Origin: the human T2T-CHM13v2.0 reference genome, Homo sapiens
Length of the DNA stretch: 64,000 nt
NCBI RefSeq assembly: GCF_009914755.1
Contig: NC_060933.1
Reading direction: 5' to 3' (one strand)
Numbering within the stretch: the first letter of the stretch is position 1; the number at the start of each line of letters is the position of its first letter. Shown in pieces: positions 28,501 to 42,690 of the stretch. A program made the position numbers and the translations under genes. The notes under the pieces were generated by a model. That model did no database searches, was not told the origin of the DNA, and saw only the letters and a list, made by a program, of their open reading frames with translations.

Positions 28501-31500
28501 ATGGAATGGAATGCAATGGAATGGAATCTTCCGGAATGGAATGGAATGGAATGGAATGGAATGGAATGGAATGGAATGGAATAAACCCGAGTGCAATGGA
28601 ATGGAGTGGAATGGAATGGAATGGAATGGAACAACCCGAATGGAATGGAATGGAATGGAGAGTAAGGGAGTTGAATAGAATCAATCCGAATGTAACGGAA
28701 TGGAATGGAAGGGAATGGAATGGAATGGAATGGAATGGAATGGAATGGAACGCAATGGAATGGAATCAACCCGAGTGCAATCGAATGGAATTGAATGGAA
28801 TGGAATGCAATGGAATGGATTCAACTTGAATGGAATGGAAAGAATGGAATCAACACGAGTGGAATGGCATGGATTGGAATAGAATGGAATGGAATCAAGC
28901 CGAGTACAGGGAATGGAATGGAATTGAATGCAATGGAATGGAATCATCCGTAATGGAATGGAAAGGAATGGAATGGAATGGAAAGGAATGGAATTGAATG
29001 GAATGGAATGGAATGGAATGGAATGGAATCATCCGCAATGGAATGGAAAGGAATGGAATGGAATGGAATGGAATGGAATGGAATGGAATGGAATCAACAC
29101 GATTGCAATCGAATGGAATGGAATGCAATTAACCCGAAGAGAATGGAATGGAATGGAATGGAACGGAACGGAATGCAATGGAATGGAATGGAATGGAATG
29201 GAACGGAACGGAATGGAATGGAATGGAATGGAATGGAATGGAATGGAATGGACTGGAATGGAATCAACGCGAGTGCAGTGGAATGGAATGGAATGGAATG
29301 CAATGGAATGGAATCTTCCGGAATGGAATGGAATGGAATGAAATGCAATGGATTCAACTCGATTGCAATGGAATGGAATAGAATGGAATGGAATGGAATG
29401 GAATGGAATTAACACGAATAGAATGGAATGGAATGGAATGGAACGGAACGGAATGGAATGGAATGGAATGGAATGGAATGGAATGGAATGGAATGGAATG
29501 GAATGGAATGGAATGCAATGGAATGGTATGGAATGGAATGGAATGGTACGGAATAGAATGGAATGGAACGAATTGTAATGGAATGGAATTGAATGGAATG
29601 GAATGGAATGCAATGGAATCAACGCGAGTGCAGGGGAAAGTAATGGAAAGGAATGCAATAGAATGGAATCATCCGGAATGGAATGGAATGGAATGGAATG
29701 GAATGGAATGGAATGGAATGGAATTGAATGGAATGGAATCAACCCGAGTGCAATGGAATGGAGTGGAATGGAATGGAATGGAATTGAACAACCCGAATGG
29801 AATGGAATGTAATGGAGAGTAAGGGAGTTGAATAGAATCAATCCGAATGTAATGGAATGGAATGCAACGGAATGGAATGGAATGGAATGGAATGGAATGC
29901 AATGGAATGGAATGGAATGATACGGAATAGAATGGAATGGAACGAAATGGAATGGAATGGAATGGAATGGAATGGAATGGAATCGTTCCGAGTGCAATAG
30001 GAGGGAATGTATTCGAGTGGAATGGAAAGGAATGGAATCAACCAGAGTGGAATGGAAGGGAATGGAATGGAATGGAAACTAATAGAATGGAATCAACCCG
30101 AGTGGAATGGGATGGAAAGGACTGGAATGGAATGGAATGGAATGGAATCAACTCGATTGTAATGGAATGGAATGGAATGGAATGGAATGGAATGGAATTA
30201 ACCCGAATACAATGCAATGGAATGGAATGGAACGGAATGGAGTGGAATGGAATGGAATCAACCCGAGTGCAGGGGAATGGAATGGAATGGAATGCAATGG
30301 AAAGGAATCATCCGGAATGGAATGGAATGGAATGGAATGCAAAGCAATGGAATCAACTCGATTGCAATGGAATGGAACGGAATGGAAAGGAATACATTGG
30401 AATCAACCCGAGTGGAAAGGAATGGAAAGGACTGGAATGGAGTGGAATGGAATGGAAAGGAATGGAATGGAATGGAAAGGAATCAACTTGATTGGAATGG
30501 AATGGAATGGAATGGAATGGAATTAACCCGAATAGAAAGGAATGGAATGGAATGGAACGGAACGGAATGGAATGGAATGGAATGGAATGGAATGGAATGG
30601 AATGGAATGGAATCAACCCGACTGCAGGGGAATGGAATGGAATGGAATGCAATGGAATGGATTCAACTTGAATGGAATGGAAAGAATGGAATCAACACGA
30701 GTGGAATGGCATGGATTGGAATGGTATGGAATGGAATCAACCCGAGTACAGTGGAATGGAATGGAATGGAATGCAATGGAATGGAATCATCCGTAATGGA
30801 ATGGAAAGGAATGGAATGGAATGGAATGGAATGGAATGGAATGGAATGGAATGGAATGGAACGGAGAGGAATGGAATGGAATGGAATGGAATGGAATCAA
30901 CGCGAGTGCAATGGAATGGAGTGGAATGGAATGGAATCGAATGGAACAATCCGAATGGAATGGAATGGAATGGAGAGTAAGGGAGTTGAATAGAATCAAT
31001 CCGAATGTAATGGAATGGAATACAACGGAATGGAATGGAATGGAATGGAATGGAATGCAATGGAATGGAATCAACCCGAGTACAATGGAATGGAATGGAA
31101 TGGAATGGAATGGAATGGAATGGAATGGAATGGAATGGAATGATACGGAATAGAATGGAATGTAACGAAATGGAATGGAATGGAATGGAATGGAATGGAT
31201 TGGAATGGAATGGAATGGAATCGTTCCGAGTGGAATAGGAGGGAATGTATTCGAGTGGAATGGAAAGGAATGGAATCAACCAGAGTGGAATGGAAGGGAA
31301 TGGAATGGAATGGAAACTAATAGAATGGAATCAACCCAAGTGGAATGGAATGGAAAGGACTGGAATGGAATGGAAAGGAATGGAATCAACTCGATTGTAA
31401 TGGAATGGAATGGAACGGAATGGAATGGAATGGAATGGAATTGAATGGAATTAACCCGAATACAATGGAATGGAATGGAATGGAACGGAATGGAGTGGAA

Positions 31501-34239
31501 TGGAATGGAATCAACCCGAGTGCAGGGGATTAGAATGGAATGGAATGCAATGGAATGGAATCATCCGGAATGGAATGGAATGGAATGGAATGCAAAGCAA
31601 TGGAATCAACATGATTGCAATGGAATGGAATGGAATGGAAAGGAATACATTGGAATCAACCCGACTGGAATGGAAGGGAAAGGACTGGAATGGAGTGGAA
31701 TGGAATGGAATGGAATGGAATGGAATCAACTCGATTGGAATGGAATGGAATGGAATGGAATGGAATGGAATGGAATTAACCCGAATAGAATGGAATGGAA
31801 TGGAATGGAACGGAACGGAATGGAATGGAATGGAATGGAATGGAATGGAATGGAATGGAATCAACCCGACTGCAGGGGAATGGAATGGAATGGAATGCAA
31901 TGGAATGGATTCAACTTGAATGGAATGGAAAGAATGGAATCAACACGAGTGGAATGGCATGGATTGGAAAGGAATGGAATGGAATCAACCCGAGTACAGG
32001 GGAATGGAATGGAATGGAATGCAATGGAATGGAATCATCCGTAATGGAATGGAAAGGAATAGAATGGAATGGAATGGAATGGAATGGAATCAACTCGATT
32101 GCATTCGAATGGAATGGAATGGAATTAACCTGCATAGAATGGAATGGAATGGAATGGAATGGAATGGAACGGAACGGAACGGAATGGAATGGAATGAAAT
32201 GGAACGGAACGGAACGGAACGGAACGGAATAGAATGGAATGGAATGGAATGGAATCAACGCGAGTGCAGGGGAATGGAATGGAATGGAATGCAATGGAAT
32301 GGAATCTTGCGGAATGGAATGGAATGGAATGTAATGGAATGAAATGCAATGGATTCAACTCGATAGCAATGGAATGGAATAGAATGGAATGCAATGGAAT
32401 GGAAAGGAATGGAATTAACCCGAATAGAATGGAATGGAATGCAATGGAACGGAATGGAACGGAATGGAATGGAATGGAATGGAATAGAATGGTATGGAAT
32501 GGAATGGAATGGTACGGAAGAGAATCGAATGGAACGAATTGTAATGGAATGGAATTGAATGGAATGGAATGGAATGGAATGGAATCAACGCCAGTGCAGG
32601 GGAATGTAATGGAAGGGAATGCAATGCAATGGAATCATCCGGAATTGAATGGAATGGAATGGAATGGAATGGAATGGAATCAACCCGAGTGCAATGGAAT
32701 GGAGTGGAATGGAATGGAATGGAATGGAAAAACCCGAATGGAATGGAATGTAATGGAGAGTAAGGGAGTTGAATAGAATCAATCCGAATGTAATGGAATG
32801 GAATGCAACGGAATGGAATGGAATGGAATGGAATGGAATGCAATGGAATGGAATCAACCCGAGTACAATGGAATGGAATGGAATGGAATGGAATGGAATG
32901 GAATGGAATGGAAAGAAATGGAATGATACGGAATAGAATGGAATGGAACGAAATGGAATGGAATGGAATGGAATGGAATGGAATGGAATGGAAACTACCC
33001 GAATGGAATGGAATGTAATGGAGTGTAAGGGAATTGAATAGAATCAATCCGAATGTAATGGAATGGAATGGAACGGAATGGAATGGAATGGAATGGAATG
33101 GAATGGAATGGAATGCAATGGAATGGAATGGAATGCAATGGAATGGAATCAACCCGAGTGCAATCGAATGGAATAGAATGGAATGGAATGCAATGGAATG
33201 GATTCAACTTGAATGGAATGGAAAGAATGGAATCAACACGAGTGGAATGGCATGGATTGGAATGGAATGGAATGGAATCAACCCGAGTACAGGGGAATGG
33301 AATGGAATGGAATGCAATGGAATGGAATCATCCGTAATGGAATGGAAAGGAATGGAATGGAATGGAATGGAATGGAATGGAATGGAATGGAATAGAATCA
33401 ACTCGATTGCAATCGAATGGAATGGAATGGAATTAAACCGAATAGAATGGAATGGAATGGAATGGAACGGAACGGAATGGAATGGAATGGAATGGAATGG
33501 AATGGAATGGAACAGAACGGAACGGAACGGAACGGAATGGAATGGAATGGAATGGAATGGAATGGAATCAACGCGAGTGCAGGGGAATGGAATGGAATGG
33601 AATGCAATGGAATGGAATCTTCCGGAATGGAATGGAATGGAATGGAATGAAATGCAATGGATTCAACTCGATTGCAATGGATTGGAATAGAATGGAATGG
33701 AATGGAATGGAATGGAATGGAATTAACCCGAATAGAATGGAATGGAATGGAATGGAATGGAACGGAATGGAACCGAATGGAATGGAATGGAATGGTATGG
33801 AATGGAATGGAATGGTACGGAATAGAATGGAATGGAATGGAATTGTAATGGAATGTAATTGAATGGAATGGAATGGAATGGAATGGAATCAACGCAAGTG
33901 CAGGGGAATGTAATGGAACGGAATGCAATGGAATGGAATCATCCGGAATGGAATGGAATGGAATGGAATGGAATGGAATGGAATGGAATGGAATCAACCC
34001 GAGTGCAATGGAAGGGAGTGGAATGGAATGGAATGGAATGGAACAACCCGAATGGAACGGAATGTAATGGAGAGTAAGGGAGTTGAATAGAATCAATCCG
34101 AATGTAATGGAATGGAATGCAACGGAATGGAATGGAATGGAATGGAAAGGAATAGAATGGAATGGAATGCAATGGAATGGAATCAACCCAAGTACAATGG
34201 AATGGAATGGAATGGAATGGAATGGAATGGAATGGAATG

Positions 34240-37200
34240 GAATCAACCCGAGTGCAGGGGAATGGAATGGAATGGAAAGCAATGGAATGGAATCATCCGG
34301 AATGGAATGGAATGGAATGCAATGGAATGGAATGGAATGGAATGGAATCAACCTAAGTGCAATGGAACAGAATGAAATGGAATGGAATGGAATGGAAACA
34401 ACCAGAATGGATTGGAATATAATGGAGTGTAAGGGAATTGAATAGAATGAATCTGAATGTAATGAAATGGAATGGAACGGAACGGAATGGAATGGAATGG
34501 AATGGAATGCAATGGAATGGAATCAACCCGCGTGCAATCGAATGGAATTGAATGCAATGGAATGCAATGGAATGGATTCAACTTGAATGGAATGGAAAGA
34601 ATGGAATCAACACGAGTGGAATGGCATGGATTGGAATGGAATGGAATAGAATCAACCCGAGTACAGGGGAATGGAATGGAATGGAATGCAATGGAATGGA
34701 ATCATCCGTAATGGAATGGAAAGGAATGGAATGTAATGGAATGGAATGCAATGGAATGGAATGGAATGGAATCAACTCGATTGCAATCGAATGGAATGGA
34801 ATGGAATTAACCCGAATAGAATGGAATGGAATGGAATGGAACGGAACGGAATGGAATGGAATGGAATGGAATGGAATGGAACGGAAAGGAAGGGAATGGA
34901 ATGGAATAGAATGGAATGGAATGGAATCAACGCGAGTTTAGGGGAATGGAATGGAATGGAATGCAATGGAATGGAATCATCCGGAATGGAATGGAATGGA
35001 ATGCAATGGAATGGAATAGAATGGAATCAACCCGAGTGCAATGGAACGGAGTGAAATGGAATGGAATGGAATGGAAACAACCAGAATGGATTGGAATATA
35101 ATGGAGTGTAAGGGAATTGAATAGAATCAATCCGAATGGAATGGAATGGAATGCAACGGAATGGAATGGAATGGAATGGAATGGAATGCAATGGAATGGA
35201 ATCAACCCGAGTGCAATCGAATGGAATCGAATGGAATGGAATGCAATGGAATGGATTCAACTTGAATGGAATGGAAAGAATGGAATCAACACGAGTGGAA
35301 TGGCATGGATTGGAATGGAATGGAATGCAATCAACCCGAGTACAGAGGAATGGAATGGAATGGAATGCAATGGAATGGAATCATCCCTAATGGAATGAGA
35401 AGGAATGGAATGGAATGGAATGGAATGGAATGGAATGGAATGGAATGGAATCAACTCGATTGCAATCGAATGGAATGGAATGGAATTAACCCGAATAGAA
35501 TGGAATGGAATGGAATGGAACGGAACGGAACGGAATGGAATGGAATGGAATGGTACGGAACGGAACGGAACGGAATGGAATGGAATGGAATGGAATGGAA
35601 TGGAATGGAATGGAATCAAAGCGAGTGCAGGGGAATGGAATGGAATGGAATGCAATGGAATGGAATCTTCCGGAATGGAATGGAATGGAATGGAATGAAA
35701 TGCAATGGATTCAAATCGATTGCAATGGAATGGAATAGAATGGAATGGAATGGAATGCAATGGAATTAATCCGAATAGAATGGAATGGAATGGAATGGAA
35801 CGGAATGCAACGGAATGGAATGGAATGGAATGGAATGGTACGGAATGGAATGGAATGGTACGGAATAGAATGGAATGGAACGAATTGCAATGGAATGGAA
35901 TTGAATGGAATGGAATGGAATGGAATGGAATGGAATCAACGCGATTGCAGGGGAATGTAATGGAACGGAATGCAATGGAATGGAATCATCCGGAATGGAA
36001 TGGAATGGAATGGAATGGAATGGAATCAACCCGAGTGCAATGGAATGGAGTGGAATGGAATGGAATGGAATGGAACAACCCGAAGGGAATGTAATGTAAT
36101 GCAGAGTAAGGGAGTTGAATAGAATCAATCCGATTGTAGTGGAATGGAATGCAACGGAATGGAATGGAATGGAATGGAATGGAATGGAATGGAATGCAAT
36201 GGAATGGAATCAACTCGAGTAAAGTGGAATGCAATGGAATGGAATGGAATGGAATGGAATGGAATGGAATGGAATAGAATGGAATGGAATTGAATGGAAT
36301 GGAACGCCTTCAAACCGAATGGAATGGAAAGGAATGGAATCAACACGAGTGGAATGGAATGGAATGGAAAGGAAAGGAATGGAATGGAATGGTACCGAAT
36401 AGAATGGAATGGAACGAACTGGAATGGAATGGAATGGAATGGAATGGAATGGAATCGTTCCGAGTGGAATAGGAGGGAATGTATTCGAGTGGAATGGAAA
36501 GGAATGGAATCAACCAGAGTGGAATGGAAGGGAATGGAATGGAATGGAAACTAATAGAATGGAATCAACCCGAGTGGAATGGAATGGAAAGGACTGGAAT
36601 GGAATGGAATGGAATGGAATGGAATGGAATCAACTCGATTGGAATGGAATGGAATGGAATGGAATGGAATGGAATGGAAAGGACTGGAATGGAATGGAAT
36701 GGAACGGAATGGAATGGAATGGAATCAACTCGATTGGAATGGAATGGAATGGAATGGAATGGAATGGAATTAACCCGAATAGAATGGAATGGAATGGAAT
36801 GGAATCAACTCGATTGCAATGGAATGGAATGGAATGGAATGGAATCGAATGGAATGGAATGGAATTAACCGGAATAGAATGGAATGGAATGGAATGGAAC
36901 GGAATGGAATGGAATGGAATGGAATGGAATGGAATGGAATGGAATGGAATCAACCCGAGTGCAGGGGAATGGAATGGAATGGAATGCAATGGAATGGAAT
37001 CATCCGGAATGGAATGGAATGGAATGGAATGCAATCAACCTGATGTAATGGAATGGAGTGGAATGGAATGGAATGGAATTAACCCGAATAGAATGGAATG
37101 GAATGGAATGGAACGGAATGGAATGGAATGGAATGGAATGGAATGGAATGGAATGGAATCTACCCGACTGCAGGGGAATGGAATGGAATGGAATGGAATG

Positions 37201-40200
37201 GAATGGAATGGAATGGAATCTACCCGACTGCAGGGGAATGGAATGGAATGGAATGCAATGGAATGGACTCATCCGGAACGGAATGGAATGGAATGGAATG
37301 CAATCAACTTGATTGCAATGGAATGGAATGGAATGGAATGCAATCGAATGGAATGGAATGGAATTAACCCGAATAGAAAGGAATGGAATGGAATGGAAAG
37401 GAATGGAAGGGAATGGAATGGAATGTAATCAACCCGAGTGCAGGGCAATGGAATAGAATGGAATGCAATGGAATGGAATCATCCGGAATGGAATGGAATG
37501 GAATGGAATGCAATCAACCTGATGCAATGGAATGGAGTGGAATGGAATGGAATGGAATGGAAACATCCCGAATGGAATGGAATGTAATGGAGTGTAAGGG
37601 AATTGAATAGAATCAATCCGAATGTAATGGAATGGAATGGGATGAAATAGAATGGAATGGAATGGAATGGAATCAACCCGAGTGCAATGGAATGGATTCG
37701 AATGGAATGGAATGGAATGGAATGGATTCAACAAGAATGGAATGGAAAGGAATGGAATCAACCCGAGTGTAATGGCATGGAATGGAACGGAATGGAATGG
37801 GAAAGAATGGAATGGTACGGATTAGAATGGAATGGAATGAAATGGAATGGAATGGAATGGAATGGAATGGAATTGAATGGAATGAATCCGTGTGCAATAG
37901 AATCGATTTGAATGGAATGGAATGGATTCAACTCGAATGGAATCAACTCAATTACAATGGAATGGAATGGAATGGAAAGGAATAGAATGGAATCAACCCG
38001 AATGGAATGGAATGGAAAGGACTGGAATGGAGTGGAATGGAATGGAATGGAATTAACCCGAATAGAATGGAATGGAACGGAATGGAACGGAATGTAATGG
38101 AATGGAATGGAATGGAATCAATCCGAGTGCAGGGGAATGGAATGGAATGGAATGCAATGGAATGGAATGATCCGGAATGGAATCAACTCGATTGCAATGG
38201 AATGGAATGGAATTGAATTAACCCGAATAGAATGGAATGGAATGGAATGGAACGGAATGGAATGGAATGGAATGGAATGGAATGGAATGGAACGAAAAGG
38301 AATGGAATCAACCCGAGTGGAAAGGACTGGAATGGAGTGGAATGGAATGGAATGGAATGGAATGGAATGGAATGGAATCGTTCCTAGTGGAATAGGAGGG
38401 AATGTATTCGAGTGGAATGGAAAGGAATGGAATCAACCAGAGTGGAATGGAAGGGAATGGAATGGAATGGAAACTAATAGAATTGAATCAACCCGAGTGG
38501 AATGGAATGGAAAGGACTGGTATGGAATGGAATGGAATGGAATGGAATGGAATGGAATCAACTCGATTTTAATGGAATGGAATGGAATGGAATGGAATTA
38601 ACCCGAATACAATGGAATGGAATGGAATGGAACGGAATGGAGTGGAATGGAATGGAATCAACCCGAGTGCAGGGGAATGGAATGGAATGGAATGCAATGG
38701 AATGGAATCATCCGGAATGGAATGGAATGGAATGCAAAGCAATGGAATCAACTCGATTGCAATGGAATGGAATGGAATGGAAAGGAATACATTGGAATCA
38801 ACCCGAGTGGAATGGAATGGAAAGGGCTGGAATGGAGTGGAATGGAATGGAATGGAATGGAATGGAATCAACTCGATTGGAATGGAATGGAATGGAATGG
38901 AATTAACCCGAATACAATGGAATGGAATGGAATGGAACGGAACGGAACGGAATGGAATGGAATGGAATGGAATGGAATGGAATGGAATGGAATCAACCCG
39001 ACTGCAGGGGAATGGAATGGAATGGAATGCAATGGAATGCATTCAACTTGAATGGAATGGAAAGAATGGAATCAACACGAGTGGAATGGCATGCATTGGA
39101 ATGGAATGGAATGGAATGAACCCGAGTACAGGGGAATAGAATGGAATGGAATGCAATGGAATGGAATCATCCGCAATGGAATGGAAAGGAATGGAATGGA
39201 ATGGAATGGAATGGAATGGAATGGAATGGAATCAACTCGATTGCAATCGAATGGAATGGAATGGAATTAACCCGAATAGAATGGAATGTAATGGAATGGA
39301 ACGGAACGGAACGGAATGGAATGGAATGGAATGGAATGGAATGGAACAGAAAGGAATGGAAAGGAATGGAATGGAATGGAATGGAATGGAATGGAATCAA
39401 CGCGAGTGCAGGGGAATGGAATGGAATGGAATGCAATGGAATGGAATCTTCCGGAATGGAATGGAATGGAACGGAATGGAATGGAATGGAATGGAATGGA
39501 ATGGAATAAACCCGAGTGCAATGGAATGGAGTGGAATGGAATGGAATGGAATGGAACAACCCAAATGGAATGGAATGTAATGGAGAGTAAGGGAGTTGAA
39601 TAGAATCAATCCGAATGTAATGGAATGCAATGGAAAGGAATGGAATTGAATGGAATGGAATGAAATGCAATGGAATGGAATCAACCCGAGTGCAATGGAA
39701 TGGAGAGGAATGGAATGGAATGGAATGGAAACTACCCGAACGGAATGGAATGTAATGGAGTGTAAGGGAATTGAATAGAATCAATCCGAATGTAATAGAA
39801 AGGAATGGAACGGAATGGAATGGAATGGAATGGAATGGAATGCAATGGAATGGAATCAACCCGAGTGCAATCGAATGGAATCGAATGGAATGGCATGCAA
39901 TGGAATGGATTCAACTTGAATTGAATGGAAAGAATGGAATCAACACGAGTGGAAGGGCATGGATTGGAATGCAATGGAATGGAATCAACCCGAGTACAGG
40001 GGAATGGAATGGAATGGAATGCAATGGAATGGAATCATCCGTAATGGAATGGAAAGGAATGGAATGGAATGGAATGGAATGGAATGGAATGGAATGGAAT
40101 CAACACGATTGCAATCGAATGGAATGGAATGCAATTAACCCGAATAGAATGGAATGGAATGGAATGGAACGGAACGGAATGGAATGGAATGGAATGGAAT

Positions 40201-42690
40201 GGATCGGAAAGGAAGGGAATGGAATGGAATGGAATGGAATGGAATGGACTGGAATGGAATCAACGCGAGTGCAGGGGAATGGAATGGAATGGAATGGAAC
40301 GGAAAGGAACGGAATGGAATGGAATGGAATGGAATGGAATGGGCTGGAATGGAATCAACGCGAGTGCAGGGGAATGGAATGGAATGGAATGCAATGGAAT
40401 GGAATCTTCCGGAATGAAATGGAATGGAATGAAATGCAATGGATTGAACTCGATTGCAATGGAATGGAATGGAATGGAATGGAATGGAATGGAATTAACA
40501 CGAATAGAATGGAATGGAATGGAATGGAACGGAACGGAACGGAACGGAATGGAATGGAATGGAATGGAATGGAATGGAATGGAATGGTATGGAATGGAAT
40601 GGTACGGAATAGAATGGAATGGAACGAATTGTAATGGAATGGAATTGAATGGAATGGAATGGAATGCAATGGAATCAACGCGAGTGCAGGGGAAAGTAAT
40701 GGAAAGGAATGCAATGGAATGGAATCATCCGGAATGGAATGAATGGAATGGAATGGAATCAACCCGAGTGCAATGGAATGGAGTGGAATGGAATGGAATG
40801 GAATTGAACAACCCGAATGGAATGGAATGTAATGGAGAGTAAGGGAGTTGAATAGAATCAATCCGAATGTAATGGAATGGAATGCAACGGAATGGAATGG
40901 AATGGAATGGAATGGAATGGAATGCAAAGGAATGGAATCAACCCGAGTGGAATGGCATGGAATGGAATGCAATGGAATGGAATGGAATGGAATCAACTCG
41001 AGTGGAAAGGAATGGAATGGAATGGAAAGGAATGGAATGAAATCATCTCGAGTGGAATGGAATGGAATGGAATGGATTGGAATGGATTGCAATGGAATGA
41101 AATGGAATGGAATGGAATGGAATCAATCATTCCGAGTGGAATGGAAGGGAATGTAATGGAGTGGAAAGAAGGGAATGGAATCAACCCGATTGGAATGCAA
41201 GGCAATGGAATGGAATGGAAAGGAATGGAATGGAATCATCTCGATTGCAATGGAATGGAATGGAATGGAATGGAAAGGAATGGAATTCACCGGAATAGAA
41301 TGGAATGCAATGGAATGGAACGGAATGGAATGGAGTGGAAGGGAATGGAATCAACACGAGTGCAGGGGAATGGAATGGTAAGGAATGCAATTGAATGGAA
41401 TCATCCGGAATGGAATGGAATGGAATGGAATCAACACCATTGCAATGCAATGGAATGGAATGGAATGGAATAGAATGGAATAGAATTAACCCGAATAGAA
41501 TGGAATGCAATAGAATGGAATGGAACGGAACCGAATGGAGTGGAATGGAATGGAATGGAATCAACCTGAGTGCAGGGAAATGGAATGGAATGGAATGCAA
41601 TGGAATGGAATCATCCGGAATGGAATGGAATGGAATCAAATCGAGTGCAATGGAATGGAGTGAAATGGAATGGAATGGAATGGAAACAACCAGAATGGAT
41701 TGGAATATAATGGAGTGTAAGGGAATTGAATAGAATCAATCTGAATGTAATGAAATGGAATGGAACGGAATGGAATTGAATGGAATGGAATCGAATGGAA
41801 TGGAATGGAATGGAATCAACCCGAGTGCAATGGAATGGATTCGAATGGAATGGAATGGAGTGGAATGGATTCAACCCGAATGGAATGGAAAGGAATGGAA
41901 TCAACCAGAGTGGAATGACATGGAATGGAATGGAATGGAATGGAATGGAATGGAATGGAATGGAATGGTTCGGAATAGAATGGATTGGAACAAAATGCAA
42001 TGGAATGGAATGGAATGGAATGGAATGGAATGGAATGGAATGGAATCAAGTCGATTGCAATGGAATGGAAAGGAATGGAATGGAACGGATTGGAATGGAA
42101 TGGAATGGAATGGAATGGAATGGAATGGAATGAAATGGAACGGAATGGAATGGAATCAACCCGAGTGCAGGGGAATGGAATGGAATGAAATGGAATGGAA
42201 TGGAGTGCAATGGAATGGAATCAACCCGAGTGCAATCGAATGGAATCGAATGGAATGGAATGCAATGGAATGGATTCAACTTGAATGGAATGGAAAGAAT
42301 GGAATCAACACGAGTGGAATGGCATGGATTGGAATGGAATGGAATGGAATCAACCCGAGTACAGGGGAATGGAATGGAATGGAATGCAATGGAATGGAAT
42401 CATCCGTAATGGAATGGAAAGGAATGGAATGGAATGGAATGGAATGGAATGGAATGGAATCAACTCGATTGCAATCGAATGGAATGGAATTGAATTAACC
42501 CGAATAGAATGGAATAGAATCGAATGGAACGGAAAGGAATGGAATGGAATGGAATGGATTGGAATGGAACGGAACGGAATGGAATGGAATGGAATGGAAT
42601 GGAATCAACGCGAGTGCAGGGGAATGGAATGGAATGGAATGCAATGGAATGGAATCTTCCGGAATGGAATGGAATGGAATGGAATGGAAT
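34240..42690 (+). repeat. ~8.45-kb higher-order unit, copy 1
   Basis: Unique markers CAACCTAAGTG (34349), CCCGCGTG (34528), GAGTTTAGGGG (34934), CATCCCTAATGGAATGAGAAGG (35382), GAGTAAAGTGG (36217) and GGGAAAGAATGG (37799) recur at +8452 to +8372. Confidence 0.93.
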
